Positions 10,034 through 19,328 of a stretch of DNA of 64,000 bases are shown here, one piece after another (position 1 is the first letter of the stretch; every line of letters starts with the position of its first letter). The DNA is from Candidatus Micrarchaeota archaeon (GTDB taxonomy: Archaea > Micrarchaeota > Micrarchaeia > Micrarchaeales > Micrarchaeaceae), in assembly GCA_021799635.1 (NCBI GenBank), contig JAJZAB010000001.1:158505-222504 (forward strand), given 5' to 3'. The notes beneath the pieces were generated by a model, which saw nothing but the letters and a program-made list of their open reading frames with translations, had not been told where the DNA came from and searched no databases. A program made the position numbers and the translations under genes.

Positions 10034-12448
10034 ATGATCATAGAAGGTGCAGTAATAGACGTAGACTATCTGATAAGGAACAATTCAGCGCTTATAAGGT
10101 TGACGGTCAAGGGAGTTGATGGCGGATCCTACGAAGTTTTTGATAGTAGGTTTATGCCGTACTTCTATCTTTTGGCTGATGAGAAGGCCGGAATTGATAG
10201 AATATCAGACCTATCGTCATTCAATGATGGACAGGTGATAAAGCCTTTGCGTGTTGAAGAATGCGAGATGACATTAGCTGGAAAAAGAGTAAAGATGTTC
10301 AAAGTATTTGCCCAAAACCCGATGCACATACCAAAATTAAGCTCGGCGGCAAAGCAGTACGGCACTTGCTACGAGTATGACATACCATTTGCAAAGAGAT
10401 ACTTGCTGGATAACGACATAATCCCTTTGTCAAATTACAATATAACAGTTGATAGGGATGCTGATGGAAAGTTGGTGCTGAAATCCATGAGCGGGCGTGG
10501 CGATCCGTTCAATAACAAGCTCAACACAATGTGCTTCGACATAGAGGTTTACAACCCCCTTGGCGTACCTAGGGCAGATAAAGACCCGGTGATAATGATA
10601 AGCTATTCCTACAGGTCTAACGGCGCAGAGGGGAGCAGGGTAATTACATATAAGCGGATTGATGAGAACTTCGTGGATTATGTGAAAGATGAGAAAGAGC
10701 TTTTTGCAAAATTTGTCGGGAAGGTTAAAGAACTGGATATAGACCTGATAAGCGGATATAATTCGGCGAACTTCGACATAAGATACATGATTGAGAGGGC
10801 GAAGTTTTTGGGCATAGATTTTAACCTGAGCCGGTATGTTGGTGAAACAAAGCTTGAGAGGCACGGTTTGGTAGACAGAGTGAAGATTGCTGGTAGAGTC
10901 CACATTGACATGTACCTGGTTATAAAATTTATAGCCGTTGTCACTGCCTCCGATAGCACGCTGAAGAATACCTTGAAGGATGTTTACGAGGCGATAAGCG
11001 GCGATAAGAAGACAAATGTTGATAAGCTGAAGATCTATGAGATGTGGGACGGCGGAGAAGAACCGCTCAGGGCTTTGGCAGTTTATAACCTCAGCGACTC
11101 CCATGCGCTCCAGAAAGTATTTGACATGTTCATGCCCTTAGTTATAGAGCTTGCCAGAACAACTGGAGATATGCTCAGCGACGCTTCAGTCTCCACAACA
11201 GGCCAGCTTGTGGATTACCTTCTTATGAGATACTCTGTGAGGGCCGGGGAGATAATACCAAATAAGCCGGATGATTTGGAGATAAAAAGAAGAGCAGAAA
11301 ATCCGATTGAGGGGGCGTATGTAAAGACCCCAGAGCCAGGCATATACAGCAACCTGGTTGTATTTGACTTTAGGGGGTTATACCCATCAATAATAATATC
11401 GTACAACATTGATCCAACCACCATATGCACAGATTGTAAAGATTATTACGAATCCCCTATTGGGATAAAGTTCGACAAGAAGAGAGTAGGAGTAATGCCC
11501 CTCATCCTAAAGCTTCTGATAGACCAGCGGGCAAGTGTTAAAAAGCTTTATAGGGAGAATCCAAATGATACGTATCTCGGGTCGCGTTCACAGGCACTGA
11601 AAATACTTTCAAACTCGTTCTACGGATATCTGGGCTATGCAAGGTCAAGGTGGTATAGCAGGAACGGGGCTGCCAGCGTTACAGCTTACGGCAGGCAATA
11701 TATAAAGGAGGCAATAGCATCTGCTGAAAACAACGGGTTCAAGGTAATATACGGCGATACTGATTCATTGGTCTTCCTGCGAGGTAATAAAAGCAAGGAT
11801 GATGCAATTAATTTTCTGAAGTCATACAATTCAAAGCTTCCAGAAAGCATGGAGCTTGAGCTTGAGGATTTTTACAGGAGAGGCGTATTTGTTGGGAAGA
11901 GATCAGACAAAGGAGTATCTGGAGCCAAGAAAAAATATGCGCTGATAGCTGAAAACGGAAAGATAAAGATAAGGGGGTTTGAGCTTGTAAGAAGAGATTG
12001 GTCAAAGCTGGCTAGGGATACACAGAGGCTGGTGCTTGAGGCGATACTTGAGTATGGGAGTAAAGAAAAGGCAGCAGATATAGTTAGAGATGCTGTAAAA
12101 AAGCTTCGGGAGGGAAAGGTAAATATCCATGACCTGGCTATAAGCACGCAGCTGAGGAAAAGCATTGACAGCTATGACGCCAAGTCTCCGGAGCTTGGAG
12201 CGGCAAAGAAAGCCGTTAAAAGAGGATTGAAGAAGAAGGAGGAGTTGGAGCATGCCATTATAAGTTATGTGATAACTAAACATGGATCTACTATATCAGA
12301 CAAAGCGGAGCTTGAGGAGTTTGCCAAGGACTATGACCCTGGTTACTACATAAACAATCAGGTTATACCGGCCACGATGAAGATACTAAAGGAGCTCAAC
12401 TTCAGCGAAGAAGACTTAAAGGGCGTTGGCTCCCAAAAGAAACTGTGA
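10034..12448 (+). CDS. polB: Family B DNA polymerase (PolB3 type) with intact exonuclease and polymerase motifs
   Basis: FDIEVY, GYNSANFD, DFRGLYPSII, KILSNSFYGY, YGDTDS. Start moved to ATG 10034, which follows an AGGTG SD. Confidence 0.97.
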   Translation: MIIEGAVIDVDYLIRNNSALIRLTVKGVDGGSYEVFDSRFMPYFYLLADEKAGIDRISDLSSFNDGQVIKPLRVEECEMTLAGKRVKMFKVFAQNPMHIPKLSSAAKQYGTCYEYDIPFAKRYLLDNDIIPLSNYNITVDRDADGKLVLKSMSGRGDPFNNKLNTMCFDIEVYNPLGVPRADKDPVIMISYSYRSNGAEGSRVITYKRIDENFVDYVKDEKELFAKFVGKVKELDIDLISGYNSANFDIRYMIERAKFLGIDFNLSRYVGETKLERHGLVDRVKIAGRVHIDMYLVIKFIAVVTASDSTLKNTLKDVYEAISGDKKTNVDKLKIYEMWDGGEEPLRALAVYNLSDSHALQKVFDMFMPLVIELARTTGDMLSDASVSTTGQLVDYLLMRYSVRAGEIIPNKPDDLEIKRRAENPIEGAYVKTPEPGIYSNLVVFDFRGLYPSIIISYNIDPTTICTDCKDYYESPIGIKFDKKRVGVMPLILKLLIDQRASVKKLYRENPNDTYLGSRSQALKILSNSFYGYLGYARSRWYSRNGAASVTAYGRQYIKEAIASAENNGFKVIYGDTDSLVFLRGNKSKDDAINFLKSYNSKLPESMELELEDFYRRGVFVGKRSDKGVSGAKKKYALIAENGKIKIRGFELVRRDWSKLARDTQRLVLEAILEYGSKEKAADIVRDAVKKLREGKVNIHDLAISTQLRKSIDSYDAKSPELGAAKKAVKRGLKKKEELEHAIISYVITKHGSTISDKAELEEFAKDYDPGYYINNQVIPATMKILKELNFSEEDLKGVGSQKKL

Positions 12449-12452
12449 TGCT

Positions 12453-13364
12453 ATGGAAAATACTAAAATAGGGCAGGAGAATGCGGAGATGCTACGTGAG
12501 GTAGGAAAGGCTTCGTACAGAGCGTTGCTTGAGGCAAAATCAGGCATAAGGCCAGGGAGGAAGCTAATTGACGTGGCTTGCGATGTTGAGAAATATTTAA
12601 AGGAGAGTGGTTACGGGATGGCTTTTCCTATAAATTTGTCTATAGGAACGCAGGCGGCGCACTACACTCCATCCGTAGCCGACGAAAAGGTGTTTGGGGA
12701 GGGAGATGTGATAAAGGTTGATTTTGGGGCAGAAAAACAAGGTATACTTGGGGACTGCGCGCTCACGATGGATTTGTCTGGAAATTACCAGAAACTTGTT
12801 GAGGCAACCGACCTCGCGCTCCAAAACGCCATATCAATAGTTAAAAGTGGCGTAAAGGTAAGTGCGGTTGGTATAGAGATAGGAAAAACCATCAGGTCAA
12901 TGGGTTTTGAGCCGATAAAGAATCTTGGTGGCCACAGTGTGGAAAAACACTCCCTCCATTCTAACATATTTATACCAAACTACGATAATAAGGATGAAAC
13001 AGAGCTTGAAGAAGGGCAGGTAATTGCCATAGAGCCGTTCGCAACAGATGGCGCTGGTTTTGTAACTGAAAGTGATATATGTGACATCTTCAGCTTTGGC
13101 CAAAGCGTAGGTGTTAGGTCTAGCGACGCTAGACTCCTTCTAAAGCACATCGAGTCTAATTACCCCTCAGAACCTTTTGCTGCCAGATGGCTGGTTGGTG
13201 TTTTAGAATCTGATTTCAGGCTTTATGCTGCAATCGCTGAGCTGTGCAGGGCAGAGGCTCTTGTCAGGTATCCTACGCTTATGGAAACCAGCAAGGGCAT
13301 TGTTGCGCAGTCTGAAGTTGAGGTATTAGTAGGCAAGGATAGTTGTGAAGTGCTGACAAAATAG
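12453..13364 (+). CDS. map: Methionine aminopeptidase type II
   Basis: AFPINLS, AAHYTP, KVDFG...GDCA, NLGGH, AIEPF. Confidence 0.95.
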   Translation: MENTKIGQENAEMLREVGKASYRALLEAKSGIRPGRKLIDVACDVEKYLKESGYGMAFPINLSIGTQAAHYTPSVADEKVFGEGDVIKVDFGAEKQGILGDCALTMDLSGNYQKLVEATDLALQNAISIVKSGVKVSAVGIEIGKTIRSMGFEPIKNLGGHSVEKHSLHSNIFIPNYDNKDETELEEGQVIAIEPFATDGAGFVTESDICDIFSFGQSVGVRSSDARLLLKHIESNYPSEPFAARWLVGVLESDFRLYAAIAELCRAEALVRYPTLMETSKGIVAQSEVEVLVGKDSCEVLTK

Positions 13365-13396
13365 GTTACTACGCCGAATGCACGGTTGCGGAATGC

Positions 13397-15685
13397 TCAT
13401 TCGCATAGGCTGTGGCCGCACTTTGGGCAGGTAAAGCATCCGGATGCCGATATCATTACTGTTGTGCACTCCGGGCACCTTACGTCATGCTTTGATGATA
13501 TTACGTAGCTGCCTGCAGCTTCTTTTATGGTTGCTATGCTCATGCCGTTCGTTTCCTGCTTCTGTTCTGCGTGCCTTTTTTTAATCTCAGCAAAATTATC
13601 GATGCGGCGCTGCTGATCCTTGTCCAAAGCCTGCAGTACCTGCGTGCTCTTGCTGCTGTCCCTATAAACGGTTATGCCTTTGCAGTCTGTATCATAAGCA
13701 AGCTTGTACGCATTTTCTATATCGCGCGGAGTCGCCCAGCTTGGGAAGTTTATTGTCTTTGATACTCCATTGTCTACATACTTCTGGAAAGCGGCCTGCA
13801 TTTTCACATGCCATTCCGGGGATATGTCATACGCAGTTACGAAAAGTTTCCTTTCATGCTCTGGTATCTCATCTACGTCCTGTATTGATACCTTGCCTGC
13901 TAGCTTTTTCATCAACTCTTCAGAATAGTATCCGTTCTCGAGAGACTTTCTCTCGAACTCGTTGTTCACTTCTATCAGGTTGTATCCAAGGCTTTCGTGT
14001 ACATTCCTCATATACACAACTGAGAATATCGGTTCTATGCCTTGCGATGTCCCCCCCGCTATTATGCTTATTGTGCCTGTTGGTGCTATCGTTGTAACAG
14101 TGGAGTTTCTAAGCGGTTTGTAGCCAAGCTTATACCATATGCTGTCCTTGAATGCTGGGAACGGGCCGCGCTCCTCAGCAAGCTCCTGGTCCATCTTTCT
14201 GCCGTTTTCGGAAATGAAGGACATGACCTGCTCTGCCAGCAGCAAAGCCTCGTTGCTGTTGTAGCGTATGTTGAGTTTAATCAGCATGTCTGCCCAGCCC
14301 ATAACCCCCAATCCTATCCTTCTTATCTGCTTAACTATCTCTTCTATCTGCGGCAGCGGATAAACGTTCGCATCGATTACGTCATCCAGAAACCGCACCC
14401 CAAGCCTTGTAACCCTTTTCAGTTCCTCCCAATCGACTTCAAATTTATGGTCAACCTGCTTTACCATATTTGCTAGGTTTATTGAGCCTAAGTTGCATGC
14501 ATCGAAAGGATACAGGGGCTGCTCACCGCACGGATTGGTGGATTCTATTGGGCCAAATTTCGGCACAGGGTTCGAGAAGCTTGAGTTTATTCTGTCAAGG
14601 AATACCAGGCCTGGGTCACCTGTCTTCCATGCCATTGTGACTATGAGATTCCACACCGCTCTTGCATTCAGCTTGCCTACCGGCTTTTTGGTCCTCGGAT
14701 TGATTATGTTGTAATCACGGTTTTCGCTGAGCGCCTTCATGAATTCCTCCGTAATGGCAACAGATATGTTAAAGTTCTTTAAAATATCCTCATTCTCCTT
14801 CAGCATTATGAAGTCAAGTATATCCGGATGGTCTATCCTTAGTATGCCCATGTTGGCACCGCGGCGCTTGCCTCCTTGCTTTACCTGTTCGGTCGCAGCG
14901 TCGAATATCTTCATGAATGATATCGGGCCTGATGCCATACCTCCTGTTGATTTTACAAAATCGTTGGCTGGCCTCAATCTGGAGAAAGCAAAGCCTGTGC
15001 CACCACCGCTTTTGTGGATTATCGCTGTATACTTTATAGCATCGAATATGCCTTCTATTGAATCTTCGACAGGCAGCACGAAGCACGCGCTGAGCTGCCC
15101 TGCGGCCGTCCCTGCGTTCATAAGGGTCGGTGAATTTGGCATAAACTTAAACGATGTCATTGCATCTAAGAATTCCTTTGATATAGAATCCAACTGTTCT
15201 TTTGTTTTGCCGAACTTCCCTTCAACGCCAGCCACATGCCTGGCGACTCTATCAAACAGCTGTTTTGGTGTTTCTATCACTTTGATATTTTCATCCTTTA
15301 TCAGATACCTAGCAGCTAGAACCATCAAACTGTTTATCGGCATCTTGAGGTCGTCATCTTTTATTCCCAGGGATTCTTTGAATGCCCTTACCTCCGCCCT
15401 TTTGTGCCTATAGAGTATATAACATTTTGCTACGGCGGAGTCGACTTCCATTAGGGTCTTTTCTACCATATCCTGCACCTCTTCCACGTGCAGTTCCTCC
15501 CTATTAAGAGAGTTGATGTTTTCTACTACTCGCTTTGCTATTCCGGTAGATTCCTTCAACGTTTCTTCCTTCGGCCTTTCCATGTAGACGTTAGAAAATG
15601 CCTTGTTTATGGCAGTTACTATTTTGTCCTCATTGAAAGCAGCTCTATTCCCATTCCTTTTTATAACCTGTTTGGCCGCCACCAT
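13397..15685 (-). CDS. nrdJ: Class II (adenosylcobalamin-dependent) ribonucleotide reductase with N-terminal ATP cone and C-terminal Zn ribbon
   Basis: VIKRNG ATP cone, PNSPTLMNAG, SACFV, TNPCGEQPL, CNLGSINL, TIAPTGTIS, CPEC...CFTCPKCG. Confidence 0.95.
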   Translation of the reverse strand: MVAAKQVIKRNGNRAAFNEDKIVTAINKAFSNVYMERPKEETLKESTGIAKRVVENINSLNREELHVEEVQDMVEKTLMEVDSAVAKCYILYRHKRAEVRAFKESLGIKDDDLKMPINSLMVLAARYLIKDENIKVIETPKQLFDRVARHVAGVEGKFGKTKEQLDSISKEFLDAMTSFKFMPNSPTLMNAGTAAGQLSACFVLPVEDSIEGIFDAIKYTAIIHKSGGGTGFAFSRLRPANDFVKSTGGMASGPISFMKIFDAATEQVKQGGKRRGANMGILRIDHPDILDFIMLKENEDILKNFNISVAITEEFMKALSENRDYNIINPRTKKPVGKLNARAVWNLIVTMAWKTGDPGLVFLDRINSSFSNPVPKFGPIESTNPCGEQPLYPFDACNLGSINLANMVKQVDHKFEVDWEELKRVTRLGVRFLDDVIDANVYPLPQIEEIVKQIRRIGLGVMGWADMLIKLNIRYNSNEALLLAEQVMSFISENGRKMDQELAEERGPFPAFKDSIWYKLGYKPLRNSTVTTIAPTGTISIIAGGTSQGIEPIFSVVYMRNVHESLGYNLIEVNNEFERKSLENGYYSEELMKKLAGKVSIQDVDEIPEHERKLFVTAYDISPEWHVKMQAAFQKYVDNGVSKTINFPSWATPRDIENAYKLAYDTDCKGITVYRDSSKSTQVLQALDKDQQRRIDNFAEIKKRHAEQKQETNGMSIATIKEAAGSYVISSKHDVRCPECTTVMISASGCFTCPKCGHSLCE

Positions 15686-15710
15686 TTCACCCCAATTTTA
15701 AATTAGAAAT

Positions 15711-15735
15711 TTATTGCAACGTATAGTTGTGATAA
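15711..15735. promoter_or_regulatory. Imperfect inverted repeat (putative operator) upstream of nrdJ
   Basis: TTATTGCAAC-GTATA-GTTGTGATAA (8/10 arm match) lies between a TATA-like TTTATAAA (15753-15760) and the start codon. Confidence 0.5.
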
Positions 15736-15882
15736 AAATATTAAAAATAAGATTTATAAATCATTACAACATACTGCGTATCTTATTGTATTCATCAGCT
15801 TATCGCTGTGTTATTAAAGCTTTCTTTTTTTGATAAACTTTTACCTCATCAATAGATTTAATAGATATTTGTATCTGTTTTT

Positions 15883-16317
15883 TCAGGCTTTCTTGTACGT
15901 AATTTCAACGTCGTCACAAGCCTCCATGAACTCCTCTTTCATCTCCTGCCATACCATCTTGTACATGGAGTGATTGTGCGGTTCTACGGCGTAGAATAGC
16001 CAGCTTGAAAACGCGTTGTCTGAAATATCTTTATTTATGACCTCGCTTATGTCTGCTGCGCTTATGGTCTTCCATCTTGAAAAAAGCGCCTGTCTGTATT
16101 CTTCGCGAACTTCTGGCCTGCCGAGGTTTGCGGGGTTTTCTGTTATTATGTTGTGGGTCTGCCAAGCCTGGCTTGATGAGAACGATGCAATTAGCACTGC
16201 CATTACCTTTGTCCTCTTTTCTTCCTCGGTCTGGTCGTTGGTTCCGTTGCTGATTGTTATTTTGTGAATCTTGGTTGCGAGAACGTCATATTTTGTTATG
16301 TTATGCTTTAATGGCAT
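15883..16317 (-). CDS. Hypothetical protein
   Basis: 144-aa ORF with a GGAGG SD. Confidence 0.7.
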   Translation of the reverse strand: MPLKHNITKYDVLATKIHKITISNGTNDQTEEEKRTKVMAVLIASFSSSQAWQTHNIITENPANLGRPEVREEYRQALFSRWKTISAADISEVINKDISDNAFSSWLFYAVEPHNHSMYKMVWQEMKEEFMEACDDVEITYKKA

Positions 16318-16482
16318 ATTTTTTGGCCTCCAATTTTATTAACGCCGTTTGCATTAATTACTCTTTAAGGCTTACATCCACTTATTATCTTTATAAAGAA
16401 GAATTTAAAAGCATATAAGTTTAATTACTAATTAATTGTTTGGTCTTTTATATTTGTTTTTATACATTTATGACCAAAAATA

Positions 16483-16908
16483 ATGGTTGTTGCAATGGCA
16501 CTTTTCAACATTTTCGGAAAAAAAGACGTAAGCTCAGAACTTACCAGAAATTTCCCTTATAGACTTTTCACTGAATGGATACCATACAAACTTTACTCCA
16601 ACAAAAATAATTCCTGCACCCTAAATGTAAAGATAAAGAACCTGACAAAGGAGACGCTTCTTACATCAATAGTAGCTGAGCTGCCCGACCCTCTCGGGTT
16701 TGATCAGACCGGTATATCGAAGCAGCGTGAGGTAAGGATAGGTGAGGTGGCACCTGGGGATGAAAGGGAAGTGGGAATAGAGGTATTTGGCAATGTAAAC
16801 TCTGACCCGGGAGAGTATACAGTTACGCTCACCGCAATAGCACACTACAGGGACTACGGTCATATAATTAATGCTGTAAAGAAGAGGACTTCGCTGCAAG
16901 TGGTATGA
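16483..16908 (+). CDS. Hypothetical cytoplasmic Ig-like beta-sandwich protein
   Basis: LNVKIKN...IGEVAPGDEREVGIEV...PGEYTVTLTA is a CARDB/Ig-like pattern. No signal peptide. Confidence 0.65.
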   Translation: MVVAMALFNIFGKKDVSSELTRNFPYRLFTEWIPYKLYSNKNNSCTLNVKIKNLTKETLLTSIVAELPDPLGFDQTGISKQREVRIGEVAPGDEREVGIEVFGNVNSDPGEYTVTLTAIAHYRDYGHIINAVKKRTSLQVV

Positions 16909-16911
16909 GCC

Positions 16912-17247
16912 CTATTTGCGCTGCTCCTGCTGGGATGCCTGCTGCTCTCCCTGCTGCACGGTGGATGAGTTTATTATGGTATATATTCCAGATATCATGT
17001 CTGCTAGCTGCACACCCTTGTCAGTAAGTTTTACGACCTTAATTTTGCCGTGCTTTTCACTTTTTATTATTCCCATGCTCTCACATGAGGATATGAAATT
17101 GCAGGTGTGCACGTAGGTGGTATTTGTTGCCTTTGCCAGCGATGATATGTACCATTCCTGGCCACTGCCCCTCAGTGAAAGCAGTATTTTTGCCTGCTTG
17201 TCCTTGAATATTATGCCCTTGTTTTCCTGCTGCTTTTGTTCTGCCAT
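16912..17247 (-). CDS. Winged-helix (MarR-like) DNA-binding protein
   Basis: YISSLAKATNTTYVH...GKIKVVKLTDKG. Confidence 0.8.
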   Translation of the reverse strand: MAEQKQQENKGIIFKDKQAKILLSLRGSGQEWYISSLAKATNTTYVHTCNFISSCESMGIIKSEKHGKIKVVKLTDKGVQLADMISGIYTIINSSTVQQGEQQASQQEQRK

Positions 17248-17385
17248 CACATCATTATTTATTGGTGGGATTAGGTATAAATAGTAATATTCGCTTTATT
17301 GCGCGTGTCGCTACATATCTAGCACAAAACATAAAGGTATTAATAGTTTCTGTAAGAATCTTTAAGTGCGACTAGAGGTGTCAGC

Positions 17386-17637
17386 ATGGTAAAATATATC
17401 ATTGCAAATCAGTTGGTAGGGAAGCGCATAGTAACTAGTGATGGATACGACCTTGGAAGGTTTGTAGATGCGGAGATAAGCGATGTAACAGGGAAGATAA
17501 ACACAATACTTGTTGAACCCAGCCTTGATGGAGGCCTGGCAAACAAGGTGAAAGTAGACAGCGGAACGGTTAGGGTTCCTTACGCAGCGGTAAAGGCTGT
17601 CAATGACTTTATAGTTGTTGATAGGAAGGAAATCTGA
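17386..17637 (+). CDS. PRC-barrel domain protein (CdpB-like, possibly cell division)
   Basis: LVGKRIVTSDGYDLGRFVDAEISDVTGKI...VPYAAVKAVNDFIVV. Confidence 0.85.
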   Translation: MVKYIIANQLVGKRIVTSDGYDLGRFVDAEISDVTGKINTILVEPSLDGGLANKVKVDSGTVRVPYAAVKAVNDFIVVDRKEI

Positions 17638-17696
17638 TCTGTCTTCCATACGTGGGCTTCTGCTGCGCGTGAATCAGTTGCCTTTGTGCTGTACTG

Positions 17697-18401
17697 GTGA
17701 TAGTTATTATCATTTGCGGTGGCGATGAAGCTGGTAGAGGTGCGTTAATAGGTCCTCTAGTCATAGCTATGATTTCGGTGAAAAATAATTTTGAGCGCAA
17801 ATTAGCCGACATAGGGGTTAGGGATTCCAAACTGCTTTCTAGAAGAAAGAGAGAGAGCCTTTACGGTATGATATTCAAAATCGCTACAGAGGTAAAGGTT
17901 GACAAGATATATCCAAATGAAATAAATGAAGCTATGAAGACAGGTATATCTTTAAACGAGCTGGAAGCGGTGCACTTCGCAAAGCTTTTTGACAGTATGA
18001 AAAGCACAGTAAATACCTTATATCTTGATTCTCCCGATGTGATTGCCGAGAAGTTTGGCATAAGGGTCAATATGTCAAGCATGAAACCGACTAAGATAGT
18101 AGGGATTGGGCAAAAAAGGGTCAGGGGGGTGACTTATACAAAGATTGTATCACAGCACAAAGCAGATTCCAGATACCCAGTAGTATCTGCTGCAAGCATA
18201 ATCGCTAAGGTAGAGAGGGACAATGAGATAGAGAGGATAGGCGAGGAACTGGGCATAGACATAGGGTCGGGGTATCCTGCAGATTCCTATACCATAAGCG
18301 CCATCCGGGAGAATATGGGCAACGAAGCGCTTAAGCGGCACGTCAGGGAATACTGGCAGACAATGAGGAACATAAAACAGACAAGATTGACAAACTTTTG
18401 A
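17697..18401 (+). CDS. rnhB: Ribonuclease HII
   Basis: DEAGRG, VRDSKLL, KADSRYPVVSAASIIAKVERD, GSGYP. The true start may be ATT at 17706. Confidence 0.96.
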   Translation: MIVIIICGGDEAGRGALIGPLVIAMISVKNNFERKLADIGVRDSKLLSRRKRESLYGMIFKIATEVKVDKIYPNEINEAMKTGISLNELEAVHFAKLFDSMKSTVNTLYLDSPDVIAEKFGIRVNMSSMKPTKIVGIGQKRVRGVTYTKIVSQHKADSRYPVVSAASIIAKVERDNEIERIGEELGIDIGSGYPADSYTISAIRENMGNEALKRHVREYWQTMRNIKQTRLTNF

Positions 18402-18441
18402 AATATGCTAGTGCTATATTGCTTTCTTTTTATATATTAAT

Positions 18442-18543
18442 GGATCTGTGGCGCAACTTGGATAGCGCGCCGGGCTTCGGACCCGGATGTTGCGGGTTCA
18501 AAATAGACCATTTTGGAAGTCTATGAAATTCCCGCCAGATCCA
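18442..18543 (+). tRNA. tRNA-Arg(UCG) with a 27-nt intron at position 59/60 (18503-18529)
   Basis: Acceptor GGATCTG/CAGATCC, anticodon arm CCGGG-CTTCGGA-CCCGG, T stem GCGGG/CCCGC interrupted by a perfect BHB motif. Confidence 0.93.
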
Positions 18544-18690
18544 TTATTCAATCTAATGCGATTCGGCTGGACTGTACCGTAGATTAACAAATATTTATAA
18601 ATATTGCCTAACAAATACTAACTGCATTAACAAACGCATTTAGTTGCTGTTTTTCCCGTTTTGACTGCTGTAGAGCAGGAGGGATTCTAT

Positions 18691-19320
18691 ATGGAAAAAG
18701 ACATGTTTGAGAAGTTTGCCGCATTTATGGATGCCAATAGAGGCAAGAGGAAATTCATGCAGAGTGTAGACCTGGCTGTGAACTTTGCCAATGTGGACTT
18801 CTCCAAGCAGGACAACAGGCTTAATCTTGAAATAATGCTGCCGAATGGAAAGGGGCGGGAGAGTAAGATAATGATCTTCTCTGATGACAAAAACATCAAC
18901 TCAAAGGCGCTTCAGTACGGTGCCAAGATAGTCCCGGGCAGCGAAATACCATCAATAACAAACGATAAGGCACGAATTAACGAGCTTATACACTATGAGC
19001 TGGCTGCAGAGCCGAGGCTGATGCCCGCCATTGCGAAGTCGCTGGGGCAGTTCCTTGGACCGAGGAACAAAATGCCAAAGCCTCTTGTAGGCAATTTTGA
19101 TAGCATAATAGGCAGCATGGGTAAACTAGTTTATGTGAGAAATAAAGGGAAATATCTCCCTACGGTGCACTGTGTAGTTGGAAACGAGAAGATGAGCAAC
19201 GATAACATTGCTGCAAACATAGATGAAGTATTAAGCGCAATAGCAAAAAAGGTAGGCAAGCAGAATTTAAAGTCGGCTTACGTAAAGCTAACGATGAGCG
19301 AACCGTTCCGGCTAATTTAG
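18691..19320 (+). CDS. rpl1: 50S ribosomal protein uL1
   Basis: RKFMQSVDL, LGQFLGPRNKMP, YVKLTMS. ATG 18691 follows GGAGG. Confidence 0.95.
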   Translation: MEKDMFEKFAAFMDANRGKRKFMQSVDLAVNFANVDFSKQDNRLNLEIMLPNGKGRESKIMIFSDDKNINSKALQYGAKIVPGSEIPSITNDKARINELIHYELAAEPRLMPAIAKSLGQFLGPRNKMPKPLVGNFDSIIGSMGKLVYVRNKGKYLPTVHCVVGNEKMSNDNIAANIDEVLSAIAKKVGKQNLKSAYVKLTMSEPFRLI

Positions 19321-19328
19321 GTGTAGTT

